Shown here one piece after another: positions 50,501 to 64,000 of a DNA stretch of 64,000 bases. The notes beneath the pieces are model-generated. The model searched no databases. It saw only the letters and a list, made by a program, of their open reading frames with translations, and had not been told where the DNA came from. A program made the translations under genes and the position numbers. Source of the DNA: Epiperipatus broadwayi (taxonomy: Eukaryota > Animalia > Onychophora); NCBI GenBank assembly GCA_028023455.1, contig JAQFVV010000011.1:1674001-1738000 (forward strand). Direction: 5' to 3'. Position 1 is the first letter of the stretch. Each line of letters opens with the position of its first letter.

Positions 50501-51952
50501 TTATTTTACTGAAAAATTCACAGCCAATATTCAAAACTTATTTTATTTAAAAAACTGGTAAATTATACTGGTTTAAATTTTTATATGCCTTAATTTCATA
50601 GAACTTTTTTAATTGAACATGTGTCCACCTCAGTATCTTTCTAGATATATCTGTGCTTTGCAATAATAAAATCAGTTTGAATTTAGCTTGTATATTATAA
50701 GTTTTATGCCCTCTTTTTCAGCATTAGCAGTATCTAATACCATTTGTAGTCTAAATGTAATTTTTTTTTGTTTTGGAAATTATGCTCTTTTTTCTACTTT
50801 TTTAAGCAAATATTATAATACTTACTGCAAATAATGCTAACAATAATAGAAAAGTAAATTTGCTACATTATAATAACAGACTGTAAGAAAGGAATCAACT
50901 GATTCACTTAGAAGCTATTTAAATAAAAGTGATTTTATTTCTCCATTTTCACAACTTTATGGTTATACTTTTTATACAAATATTATAATACTTATATGTA
51001 ATAAATTAGTGATATATTTTAATATTTGACAACTAAAAAGGTTTTTTATTATTTACTTTTTAGATAGAGCTTAAGCATGTTTTCAATGTGGTCTACCAGA
51101 ATCATAGATCTCACCAAAAAAAAAAATAGCCATCACAAGTAAGTAATAAAATATTTTTAATGTCTGACAATTAAAAAGTGCTTAGTTGTATTTAAAAAGT
51201 AAATAAAAGACTTTTCAGTTGTTGGAAGTTCTAAACGTTTTTCTAACTTATTATAAGTACACATGAAAAGAAAAATGAATATTATAATACTTATTTTAAA
51301 TAATACTTATATTAAAAAAAATCAAATTTGAAATGATAATTATATAAAACAAATATTTTTCTTAGGAGTAGTATGAGATACTGCTTGTAGTATTTATGTT
51401 ATCAAATCATTATAGCCATTACTCAGAGATGTTGCAGAAATGAAAATGCATATTTAAAAAATATACTTTATAGAAAGATAATAAAATACACATTTTTTAA
51501 ACAAATAAGCTAAAAAATTGTATGTAAATATTTTCAAACGCACTCAAAATAAATATTTTATTTCAAAAGTGTGTTGCTTGACAAAATCACAAATCCAACA
51601 GATTAATAAAAATTTGAAAACATTTTCTTTCTAAACTTTATTAAAATCTTTCTAAAATAAAAACAAAAAAGATGTAAGAAACAATTACTGCATTTATGAA
51701 TTATAAAAATTAAGAGAAAGAAGAAGATTATTATTATTTTTCATAAATAGAAATTGGATTCAAGTTATAAAAAACTATCCATGGTGATAATTATTTCATT
51801 GGGATTATAAATTGTCAATGATAGATATAAAAAAGAGGATACATATTTCTATAGCATACGTTTCTATAGCTATGAAGAAGAAATAATGGATATTGAAAAA
51901 TGTCGTATGCATTTCCTATAAATAGAAAGTTCACTAAATAAATGAAGGGGTG

Positions 51953-52392
51953 TAGTGAAAATTACACTACATAAATATTATTCATTAAGTAGATGTCCAG
52001 TCTAATGGATGACTAATAAAAATTATTAATATACTTCCATCAAGTAGTTTATGTCAAAATTGTGATGGCAGTAAGTTTGACACTATAGTAAATTTAAACT
52101 ATAGTAATTTACTATCTGGGGATACTAAACAATGATAATATGTGTAGAAGATTGTGATCTGGGCCAACAGATGAGTGCTAGTTCAGCATGAAATATGTAT
52201 CTTGGAAATCATACATCTTTTTCATCAGTCTTTGATCATACATTTATGATTGCATCCCTCCACAAAGTGTTAAAAGTGGACAGAAACCTGTCCCCATTTT
52301 GTATAAGAGTAGTATAATGAAAATTATACTACAGAAATATTCATTAAATGGATAATCTCCCACTCTAATGAATGACAAATAAAAAATATTAA
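51953..52392 (+). mobile_element. HHR family C2, ~1.2 tandem units (period ~362 bp); degenerate HHR at 52164-52205
   Basis: TGAAAATTA(C/T)ACTAC at 51956 and 52318; CCAA-CAGATGA-GTGCTA-GTT-CAGCAT-GAAA-TATGTA-TC^TTGG (U4A); body homologous to 30301-30540. Confidence 0.85.
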
Positions 52393-53161
52393 TTCACTGT
52401 ATATGTTATTTAATCTTTAAAAAAATGATTAAAGAGTATATTATTGAGAAAATAAATTAAATATTTCAAATACAGAGTTATCTGATCTTGAAAGTAATAA
52501 GAGAATTATGGTGATATTTAGAGATAGGCAGGCTTTGAAAAGCTGATAATTTAAATCAATTATTAAATTGAATAAAAATAAAATGTGAGATATAAAATAA
52601 GTGATGTAATCATTTTATGAAAAATTAGGTGGAATGTTAAGTAATATGCTTAAAAGTGTATTTCTTGAAAACTTTTATAAACTGAAGTTAAGCTAATGTT
52701 ATTCAAATTAATAATTGGCATTTTGAAACTTTTTTATGATAGAAACAAACACTGATAAACTTTTTCTTGTTAAAAACCTTCCTTATTTGTATCTTGATGC
52801 TTGGAAGTTCACAATAGACACAAATACTGGATGTGTATGATAACTATTTCTTTTATGTTATTATTAGTCTTACACTTTATCATTCAGTTTTTGAAATAAG
52901 TCTATAATCTATTTTGACCCATTTTTTTGGTACAAAGTTTTGGCAGATAGAACTTATTTTTGATTGGTTAAGTGTAAGTTGCTTGTTATCATCAATCTCA
53001 TTAATTGATTCTATTTGCTTTATCTTGATATCAGTTCTGTTTAGTTTTAAGATAGTTTTAAATTTGTTGATTTATTTATGGAATATCTTTTCAAATCATC
53101 AGTAAGTAGTGGCAAGCTTTGGATAATGGCTAGCTAAGCAAGAAGTTTCCATATCAATCAA

Positions 53162-53262
53162 GCATTAGTGGTCGAGAGGTACGACAGCTGCTTTACTAAG
53201 CAGTTGTCCCGGGTTAGCGGGTTCGCTTCCCGGCTGATGCTATGGCACATGAGAAAAAAAAA
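53162..53262 (+). mobile_element. tRNA-Gly(TCC)-derived SINE-like element (copy 3)
   Basis: GCATTAGTGGTCGAGAGG..GCTGCTTTACTAAGCAGTTGTCCCGGGTTAGCGGGTTCGCTTCCCGGCTGATGC plus TATGGCACATGAG(A)n; same 8-nt T-arm insertion as the copy at 1853. Confidence 0.8.
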
Positions 53263-56200
53263 ATTAAGATATTTATCTCCATATAGATAAATTGTAAGCC
53301 ATAACAGATCCTACTCATAAAAACCAGGCATTATAATTATATAAGTAAAAATGAAGATAATGTTCAATCCTTTTTATGTAACAAATTCTCTGCCCCCCCC
53401 TCCATATATTCATACACACACAGGTTACATTATATATATATAATCCCATATTCTAAATGGGTGTACATAGATCTGAAAAGTATTCTGAGTAACTGTATTG
53501 ACTGTACTTAAATCTTGAAAGAGTTGTCTGTCTGTTTTATTTCTTTGATGTGAAAAACAAAAATAATTTATTTAAAAAATATATAAATATATATGATGAA
53601 TAACAAAGGTTTCAATATGATTACACCACATTTCTTCAGAGGTTAAGAAATTGTGAAAAAAGTTTTCCAAACACCCACAGAAACATTAGCTGTATATACA
53701 CATTTTTTAAAAATACACAATTTCATTAGATATTCTTAGGTGTAGAATGTCCCTATCTGCTTCAAATAATTACATATTAAAAAAATTGAGCAACCCAATA
53801 TTGTTTTCAGAAGATTTGAGTACATTTCGGTCTACCAATGAAATTTTTTCAGTTAAAAAATCGTAAGCAATCACATGCACATATAAATATTAAACTATCA
53901 CTCCTTCGTGTAATATTCTCTAGAGCCATTTCTTTCCTTATCCATGTCTTTCACAACCAAACCTCGATCATCTGGTGATTAAACTTGACACAACCTCCAC
54001 ACATAAACAATATTTATGTTTTGATGACAAACCAATCTGATTTTTCAAAGTAAACATATTAGAATCATATATGACTCAGTCTATTTATTATATCTTCAAT
54101 ATTCATATTTCCTAATAAATGGTAATAAATAATATCTACATTATAGCAGCCAAAGAACAGAAGTTTCACACCAATAAAGAATTTATGTGTAATGAATTCA
54201 CAAATGCACCTGATAAATATTTGTAATCCAACCTATCAGATTTGTAAACTATTCAGCTAACCTTTAAAATTGAATTGATTAATCTTTAAAATAGAAAAGA
54301 TTAATCAATGCTTCTGTGTGAATGTTCAGGTGTTTCAAACCTCCAGCTCACCTGGAGAGCATAGGTTTATTATGTGAAATACAGATATAGTGAGAGAATA
54401 ATCTAGAAAATTTTACAAATGGAGAGAGTTTAAGATTTGTAATCTGCTCAGAAGATGTGTCAAAGATCTATCTGTTTGATTTCTTACAAATATTCAGATA
54501 CAATTGTCAATTCATATAGACACTACACACATATATGCAGGCAATAATGATATTTATGTTGAAATTTAATTAAGCATTATATTTCAAAACATTAACAGTC
54601 TTTCCTGTGTACACATATGATGTCTTCTTGATGTAATGGGTTTAGTACAGTTGATGAAACTGCATCTGTTGATGATCATGTCAAGTGTCACTTACTGGTC
54701 TTGAATCGTCTTTAACAGGTAGAAAACTTGACACAAACACACCCACGTATATATAATTAAGCCTTTATAAATAACTTTAATCAAGAATTATCTCACAATG
54801 TACTTATATTTGCCAAGAAAATAATAATCTAAGCTCCTGTTTGAAAGCTTTTATCTTCGAGATTAAAAGTGTTTGATCTTAAGACCTTAAGCTCCAGAGA
54901 CTGCTACTCTACATTGCACTTAACCATATAGAGCAATGCTTTAACAATGAAGTATTAAACTGCATGGTACAGAATAATCCGTGTATATTTATGTAGAATT
55001 TAAACAGATAAAGTATAACAATCTAAAACAGCATGTTGAATTTCTTTTTACCCCCCCCTACTTTTCTTTCCATATTTGATCCCCTCCCCTCGAACAATAA
55101 AATACCCATTTCCTGATCTAAATTAGATAAGCAGTTGAGTTAGTTATGGATCAACTATCTGTAAAAGTTATGAGCGTATTCAGGAATTTTCCACCTACCC
55201 GAAAACATTTCTGGGTTCTAATTTGCCTCCATTACAAGATTAAGTTAGGCTAATCCTTTAATCGCCATAATCTTGAGGTTATTATCAAATATATATATTA
55301 ACATGAATTCAAGACAAAAAGCTAGGATAATAATAGCATTTAAATAAAACAAATAGAATTATATTTGCATCTTCTGTAAATGACAGCTAAATGCTATTTT
55401 AAAATCTGTTTTGTAATGAAGATAAAACAGAAAATCACTTTACCTTTTGATTAGACGTTAAATTGTTTAGAATGTTTTGTTTTTATTTTTTACACAGAAC
55501 ACACATCTTATATTTCTTTTTTTTAAAACAAAAATTAAAATATAAGACCACAAACACACACAAAGTAAAATGTACAAATTATATACATAGACGCGTCTGC
55601 TTAGATTAACCATTGCCTAATATATCTACATTAAAGTTGAGGTTTGTGTGTTCAAAATCCAACAATATTCTCACTTATTTTCAAACAAGATCAAATATTA
55701 GGGCACATATAGAGTAGAATATTCCCTCCTCACTTCAGAAGGTATTCTTAACTCAGCTCTACATCTCATTATTAGAAGGTTCAATACTGGTTTCTTAAAT
55801 CAAAGTACTTGGACATTTTTTAAATAAAGATTAATATCTCAGAGCTTTTCCTACCAATATCTTTTTGAATTAACTACAATGAGATTATCCCATATTGATG
55901 CCACGTGTTTGTCAAATGGAAAAATGAAGAAATGATAAAATATTTTCCATATCAATAATAAAGACTTACAAAAATACTGAAGATTATAGTCACCAGGACA
56001 TGGTCCAACCTATCATTTTTAAACGTATTAATTAACAACTTAAAAAAAAAAAGTCTTTCTAAATATAGGCCGGTCATAGCTAATATTATATGCTGAGATA
56101 TACCATCTTTAAATACATTAATTAACAACATAGAGACAAAAGATTCATTCAAATGTTAGTCATAATGTTTAGTATTTTACTTACTTTACTCTGCGGTTTT

Positions 56201-58849
56201 TCTAAGATAGCATTCGCCTTTACCCCCCTCCCCCCGAAAAAAAACCCATTTCAAAAAAGTCAATATTAAAATTCGGGATCAAGCATTAACCCTTACCATT
56301 TCCAGATATTTAAGCAGTAACATGAAATCTTTTGCCACAGGGAAATATATGTTACTACCTTTCACGATCTCCATTCTTTACATTTTTTTATATATAAATT
56401 ACAGTTAGTTATACTCTATTTATATCTATAAAAAAAAAAAAAAAACCTTCTTAATTAATTAATCATTTGATATTTAATGAAAATCCGAACTATATTCATT
56501 TAATCATGCAATCACTCATATTGAAACAATAATTTTAATTTATATAATTTATTATCTCTGTATTATCAATAAATTTGTACTTTTATATATATCTTGCTTT
56601 ATACAAATTAACATTAGCGCCGTTTATCTCTTAAGACAGTTTAGTAATAATATATGACCAAGAACATTTACCCGCCCTCTATTATCTTTTTATTTAACTA
56701 ATATATAAAATAATTATGTTAATGATAATAATCAGTTACTAAAATTCTTACATCACATGTAATGCTTTCTAAAACACATTTTATTACAAAGTAAACAAAA
56801 AGTAATGAATATATCGTTTCAAAATAAAAAGTGACATCCAAAAATAGCTACCTACTACTTAATGTAAATAATAATAACCATAAGATTAGTTGTTTGGAAA
56901 GTCATGTGATATTTAAGAATCTCAATAGCAAAGTCAGTAATATTTGATTAGGCAAATTAGAGAAATTAAAACACAACACATTTATAACTAGAAGCCTGAT
57001 AAAACAGAAATTTCATTCTTAATAGTAGTAGCAACATATACCTATGATTAATTTACTGCTGAAACACATCAGTCAATTTAACGATCAATATTAAATAACA
57101 TTCTATTTTAATCCACAAAATCTGTTTTGTAAAACTGCTGTAAGAAGTTTTGGAGATAAAGAATCACCTTCTTTGAATCACCATGGATTTTAATAACTTT
57201 TTGAGAATGTTATGGATTAATAACTTGATGTTCCACAGCATTAATAATTGTGGACATAATTGTAGAGTCAGGCGCCACTAATCGGCAAGTTCAAAGCATA
57301 ATAGTAATTGCTATATTTTGCAGAATATATATATATACAGGCTTTAGTAACTTGATAGTCAAGAGTTATAAAGCTAAGTTTACTCCAGAGAAAAATAATA
57401 ATGAAAGATGAATACATATCTAAATGTTTAAAAATAATAATAAGAGATTGCTAATAAGTTTAAAAAGAAATGAAAAATAGATTCTATAAAAATAAACTTT
57501 ATTCTAGATAATTTTAGTTTAAGTTTAATAGCAACGAAGAAAGATGGATGACAGTTAAATTAAACTTAAACAGACAAAGATTATAAGTTTAAAAGCATTT
57601 TGCAAAGATTGAAGAAAGATAAGCCAAATGGTTAATTACAAGGCCAGATATAGCTAATGGATTTAAGATACAGAGAAACTGTTTATTGTTTTAAATCAAA
57701 CACTAAACTAATTTTAGAAACAAACAAATGGATAAAATGTTTAAAGCTAATTAAAAAGAAATGTAAGCGGGTGTAATTAAAAGCTGGATCCTAATCTTCA
57801 TTGCAAAGATGTATTATCCAACTGGATTTACAGTTACATTGGAATGTTAGGAATTTTATTAATGATATCAAGCAAGGAAAAAAAAAATATAAATAGTGTG
57901 CGCTCAAAAAGAGCAGAGTCATCAGTTTTTCTCTACTCATCGTAGGCTGCTGCATGCTGTGTTGTGGATATCATAAGAACCTAGAGAAAAGCTGAGGGAA
58001 AAGTGTCCTGACTTTTCTGCCATGATGGATGTTTCCCAGAGTCCATGTCTCTGAAGGGTCAAAGATAGCCGGCTAGGGAAAGTATTAATGGACCACATTG
58101 GTATTTTATTATTTATGTATGCCTAAGAAGGCCCAAATAGGATTGTGTTTTGTAAAATAACCATGAGTGTAAACTTTAGTATTCACCTAATGTTACTACT
58201 AATATAGTGGCAGGATTAGTTACTCAGTGGCAATATGGGCAGTGAAAGTAGAACTTTAAATCAAAGACTATTTTGTTATATGTATAAATAAAGTAAATAT
58301 GATCGCTACTCAGTTAAACCTTAACTTATGTGTATGTATAATATGTAAATAAATATATTTAATCATTATTAATAATTTAATCGTTATTTATAATGTTGTG
58401 GTAATTGTTGGTAGCCAGCTTCATAGCCGAGTACACAACAGTCATTCAAACTCATTGATCCTTCTTGGAGTAAATTAAACAAACATTATTTAATTCATGG
58501 AGATTTTGTAAATGGTGGCTTCAGATAATGTGACAAAAGTTATCAAATAAAACAAAGACCATAGGAGTAACAACAAGTATTAAAATAAGATATTGTTTTT
58601 TTATATAACGAGACTCAAGTGATACTTTTCTAGTATCTGGAGTGATATGATTTTTTTATATTAATCTGTCATCTCTGGCTTCCATTTTGCAAACAAATTT
58701 GACCAAATACAATTTCAAATGTTGCTGTATTCCTGCTATCAATTTCTGGAGTCACTGGATTTTCAACTCAAACTTCCAATTTAAGATACACATCTATGTA
58801 AAAAATTATATATATAAATAGTTAATAGAAGTCCACAAATACTGGTAGT

Positions 58850-59155
58850 AAAAAAAGAATTAATTTGTTAAGGCTCTAAAAATTTATTCGGGTAATTGGA
58901 GAGCCTATAAGATGGAAGAATTGAAAGAGGCTGGATTTCAACATTTCAAAGTTAATCATCGCTACAATTTTGTTGAACCTGACACTGTTGTCTACATTTA
59001 TAGTAAATTTATGGATCTACTAAATGGCAAAATAAATGACACAGGGGGACAATGTGGCAAAATTTGAATTCAAATTTGGTCGAATTTCATTGGCAGAGTG
59101 AAAGTCAGAGATGATTATGTATTTGAGTCACTTTTGAACACGATTAAATTCTAGA
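58850..59155 (+). pseudogene. Merlin (IS1016/ISXO2-like) DNA transposase C-terminal relic
   Basis: GSKIYSGNWRAY..GFQHFKVNHRYNFVEPDT, then after a frameshift GSTKWQNK*HRGT..LNSNLVEFHWQ..FESLL, matching the ISXO2 pattern SD.WRAY..H..VNHS.NFVDP.T..YL.EF.WR. Confidence 0.85.
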
Positions 59156-61962
59156 TAATATTTTGCCTATATATTAAAAAAAAAATTAAATGCTGAAAAA
59201 AATTAACAAATACCCTGGTCAAATTATTTATACAGATTAGAACACTATGAATAAAATTGATAAAAAAAAAAAAAAAAATCAAATGGTAACAGAACTGGAG
59301 CTATAATTGAAACCCACTACTCTACGATTTCAGAAAACCACATAAGCCTTGAAATTAATAATAAAATTAAATTTGAATTGAGTGCTTTTGGTAAAAATAA
59401 CTTGTTATTAAAAAAGATACTTATATGTTTGAAAAGAAACATTTTAATAAACATGTTTAACAGAATCGAAATACATAGATGTTAAACTACAAAATGAAAT
59501 ATGGAGATATATGTCGGAAGTAGCAAGAAAGAATCATCTTTGAAAAAAATTAAGATTGGACATGTTCTACAAGGTATAATAATAGATAGATAGATTAAGT
59601 TTTAAACTCGATTCCACAAGATTATAAAAACACTTTGAAACTATGGAGTAAAGTGGAAACGAGAAGCTGTGAATAAAAGAAACTAAAATGGCTTTCAATC
59701 TGCAAAAAGTTGATAATGTTTGAAATTTATGATGATTTAAAATATCTCATGGTATACTGATTAGAATATTTGTTTCTTTTGCCCACAAGCCATCTGATTA
59801 CCACCCCACCCCCCCAATTTAGTGGATTTGAGAACCGAAGATCCACATACCAAAGCTCAATTTATCATTTTTGGAGTTTGAACTTAAGATTTCAAAATGA
59901 TTATTTTACTTATAAACATTAAAGCAAATTAAAACATTTAGAATAAGATTAGTTCGTATAGGAATTATTTATAAAAAAGTGTAAACTGCTTATATTAATA
60001 TCTTTATTTTTTTGTAAACTCCACATTCTATATGCTTCAAAAATCTATTTTCTTTCTTATATTTTCAGTGGATTTTTTCTTTATATCATTTTAAAATCAA
60101 AATGTTGTCTTTTACCTCTTTTAATATCAATATAAGTAAAAAAATAAAACGGCCCTAAATAAACCACTATAGAACTAAGCCTCAGAAGAACCTCTTTGAA
60201 TGGAATTATGAATAAAAAGCCAACCCATTGCACTAAACAATTACAGTTTTTTTTTTGCTCCTTGTATATGAGTGTGAGGGTTAGAGGTTTTACTCTCTAG
60301 TTTAGAGATCAATTAACTATATGGCTATCTGGGGTATCTATGGTCAAATACTTGTAAAAATTTCCAAATTCCACCCAGACTATATTAATTCTTATGGGTT
60401 ATGAACTTTCCAAGAGTTTTTATGTAACAGTATCTTTGAGAACTCTGGAATAAAATATGAACATCTAAACAATGGATACATAAACTAAAATGGTCTGGAA
60501 GTAATGAATAAAGATTCTTACTAATTGAGATATATAGAATCCATTTTAAGAAACTTGCATAATTAGTCAACTATATCCTATTATTAATCGCCTTACTGGC
60601 AATTTTCAAATCTTATGATTTACTAGAAATTTCGTAAATAAGTTGGACAATCAGAATGAATACATCTAATTAAAAAAAAAATCCCATAAAAGTTTTCTCT
60701 CTGCAAACTTTATTGATAATTTACGAGGAAAATAACTTTTTTGATTGATTAAAGAAATTACTGCTTTGGAGAATTAATGGATTATTTCGAGATGAAACTG
60801 TCTTGAAGAATGTAAAGCAATATATATATATATGTGTAAAGGTGTATGAACATAAAGGTGATGGTGAATAAACACACAGGTATATATGAATATGGGTGTA
60901 ATGGTTTTTACAAATGAAAAGAAAATATATAATTGAGGTCTTTAAGAAATAAAATAATTATATTTTAAAAGACCTCGTTTATAAATTAATTTAAATAATC
61001 TATGAGTTTAAATATACACTATATAAACTCCAAATGAATCATGAAGATTATTATTCTATTTTATGCCCCTGTAAAGTTTAAAGTATTATGATGTATACAT
61101 ATGGGCTTAATTTATCTAATTTTCACAATTCGAATACATCAACAAAAATAGTAAAGTTAAAAAAATTTAAAACAAACAAACAAAAAAAAAAAAAGCTTAG
61201 ACAAGTACCCCCTCTTGTGATTATAATGTTTATTAAAATTAAAAAATTCACTTTTGTTCCATTTATATTTACATTTTTTTTTATACTTATAAGAACTGAG
61301 ATTCTTTTTAAATAAATAACTAAATCATTTAATTATGAATAAAATTTTATTTTTCACTCCACTTTAATAAACTAAAATTGATATTTATAAAACCATCTGT
61401 AATATTCTTTTTAAAAAAAAGAAATTCAATATAACCTGATATTATAGAATATAGATGGATAATTTTCACTAATTATCTTGCTAAAAACACCCATCTCTGA
61501 GACTACCTTGCAAAATTAGACTTCTTACTCAAAATTTTCTATTACATTTTTTCACCTGCCACAAATTTCTTAGGCATGCATATTCTTAGATAATTAATTT
61601 CCTTATTTTGTAAAGTACATCCAAATTACTTATTTTTAACTCTCTGTACAATTTTTTGAACATATGTTTGAATTTCTTTTAACTTTGCAATGCTCCCCCC
61701 CCCCCAATTCTTATTATTATTGCTTTCTCTTTCCTTATTTTAAATTTAATTCCATACTAGACATGTAGAAACACCTGTTAAAAAATAATCTTAGCCCATT
61801 TATATTTATATTAATGATTCTAATTATTCAGAAAAAGCACCTTTATAAATATAGATGATGTAATAAAAAAGGGAAAGGTCCATAAGTCTTTTCACATGTC
61901 ATTGTGCAAAAGAGAGGAACTTCAGTCTTTTTGAATAAAGGGTTGAACTTCTTATGTCGATT

Positions 61963-62301
61963 TGATATGATGAACTATGGCTTCTTTTTCAGAGTCAGGA
62001 ATCTCTCAGCCACTATGCCTGAGAAACCTGTTAGTCATCTTATCTTCCCTTTCCATTCCCCGGTCTAAGTTTTCCCATATTTTTCTCTATCCTGCTTCAT
62101 TCCATTTCCACAACATAATTTTTATCAACTATGGCCTTTATATCTAAATCTCCCTTATCTTTTTCCAAACCCAACATAAAAACCAAAAACCCACTTTCTG
62201 TATAATCACTTTGTTTATATTTATTCTCCATCAACTTCATTATTTCTACCCTTTCTGCTGTCAGGCATTTACATTCAATTCACAGATGCCTAATATTTTC
62301 T
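61963..62301 (-). mobile_element. 3' end of a non-LTR retrotransposon (copy b)
   Basis: Homologous to 12190-12503 and to the adjacent copy c. Confidence 0.8.
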
Positions 62302-62302
62302 T

Positions 62303-63045
62303 ATGATGAGATGAGATGCACTGTGACTTCTCTTTTATCAGACTCAGGAATCTCTCAGCTACCATGCCTTGAGAAACCTGTTAGCCACTTTTATCTGTCC
62401 TTTCCATTCCGTGCCCTAAGTTTTCCCCATATTCTTCTCTATCCTGCTTCATCCTATTTCCACAACAAAATCTTTGTCAACTCCATGCCCTTTATATCTA
62501 AATCTTTCTCCAAATCCAGCATAAAAACTAAGGACTCACTTTCTAAATAATTCCTTTGTTTATATTTATTTTCCCACAATTTCATTATTTATGCCCTTTC
62601 TACTTGCAAGCAATTACATTCAATTAATAGATGACTAATATTTTCTATGCCTTCCTTATACAACTTGCAGACTAAATCATCTACATTTTTCCATTTATGT
62701 GTATATTCCCTTGTTCTAAAGATCCTGCATGAGCCTTAAACAGTAAACTATATTGTTTACTTTTATACATATTTAAACTCTTTTCATTCTCCGTACTAGT
62801 TCGCCATCTCTCCAACTCCTTATTCTTTATTAATGCATCTATTCTATTCCATTCCTTGCAACTATTACACTCAACAATTCTCCTAACATGATCATCCTAC
62901 CTTTTGTATAAATATACTGACATAAATTCTTTATCCAAATTTCTGCATACTGTACCACCTTTCTCAACCATCTTATTGCCTGCCCTTCACTCATATAACC
63001 CAATTAAATACTATATATTTAATTGATTCTAAATGCCATTTAGTA
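62303..63045 (-). mobile_element. Longer 3' fragment of the same LINE with CCHC zinc knuckle (copy c)
   Basis: Minus translation LFKAHAGSL..RTREY..WKNVDDLVCKLYKEGIENISHLLIEC (C-x2-[C>Y]-x8-H-x4-C); tail of ATCTC repeats at 62303-62319. Confidence 0.78.
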
Positions 63046-63154
63046 GTGAACTCTCACATCAAGTTACCAATAATAAATACCTTTATCTTAGCATATGAAG
63101 AATTTTATGGGAAGACTTGTTATAGCACTTATCATCAATTTATACCCTCTACAA

Positions 63155-63549
63155 CAGGGGTCCCCAACCTTTTTGCATTTAAGAGCACATTCTATAATAC
63201 CGGCCAGGTAGCAGGCACCATTTATTTTTTTCAACCAGATGGCAGGCACCATTTATTTTTTCAATGTAAATTTATAGTTGGATATTGTTAATAATACACA
63301 TAATGTACAAAAAAATATTTATTTCAAAAATAAAATTTTACCATAATTAACGTTTATATTTTTACGCTGTAATTATAATATGCCCTACAATTTGATTACA
63401 ATATAATACAATAATTTATAAGAAATTTAAAAAATTAAATTTATTTGTATCAGATAAATAATTTTTTATCATGTTTGGATAGCGGCGGGCACACGTAAAA
63501 TGGTCTGCGGGCACCATGGTGCCTGCGGGCATAGCGTTGGGGACCCCTG
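63155..63549. mobile_element. hAT (Charlie-like) MITE
   Basis: Perfect 14-bp TIRs CAGGGGTCCCCAAC / GTTGGGGACCCCTG; 8-bp TSD CTCTACAA / CTCTACAT; internal GCGGGC repeats; no ORF. Confidence 0.92.
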
Positions 63550-64000
63550 CTCTACATCAACTTACAATCAATTATTTACTATAATGATCTTTTAAAAAAA
63601 ATTTCAAGACATTTTTTCTTTTAAAAAAACATGCATCATTTTGTAAGATCAATGACATCATAACATAATGACTTCATTAAAAAGCCACATCATCTGAGGA
63701 TAATATGGTGATCTTCACACTAAAAATGTACACTGCAGAGAATATAAAAATACAGTTAATATATTTACTTAATTTCCATCCAGGATCCTTGTAAAATAAT
63801 CAGTTCTTTCATATATGACAAATCCAAAGTAAAGATTTTCATCTGAAGGTTTGTGCTGATGGTATATTATTAGATGTGATATGTTTGGATTATTTCCATC
63901 AACATTCACTCATTCATGTCAGCTACACTCAGTACAATGCATAATCAAAAAATATTTTGAACACATACAATAACAATGTGCATTAATAATAAATTATTAA

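Overview
AT-rich, CpG-poor, repeat-dense eukaryotic (most likely invertebrate animal) genomic DNA. No intact protein-coding gene is recognisable, and most ORF-track entries are by-products of repeats or low complexity. The dominant signal is about 25 hammerhead-ribozyme (HHR)-derived motifs (type I topology, short palindromic stem III) in at least 5-6 sequence families of small non-coding mobile elements. These occur as 360-470 bp tandem units, as fold-back insertions with a 40-55 bp one-sided tail and 10-16 bp target-site duplications (TSDs), and as near-perfect palindromes with a ribozyme remnant at the loop. This resembles non-autonomous Penelope-like pLTR elements or non-LTR retrozymes; several cores are non-canonical. 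Also present: decayed hAT (BED finger) and Merlin transposases, an RTE-X-like LINE with a 5' inversion, RTE fragments, a CCHC-ending LINE 3' end in three copies, hAT and pogo/Tigger-like MITEs, two tRNA-derived SINE-like families, local tandem duplications and microsatellites. All calls were made by eye; no database search or folding program was run, and ribozyme activity is inferred from secondary structure only.
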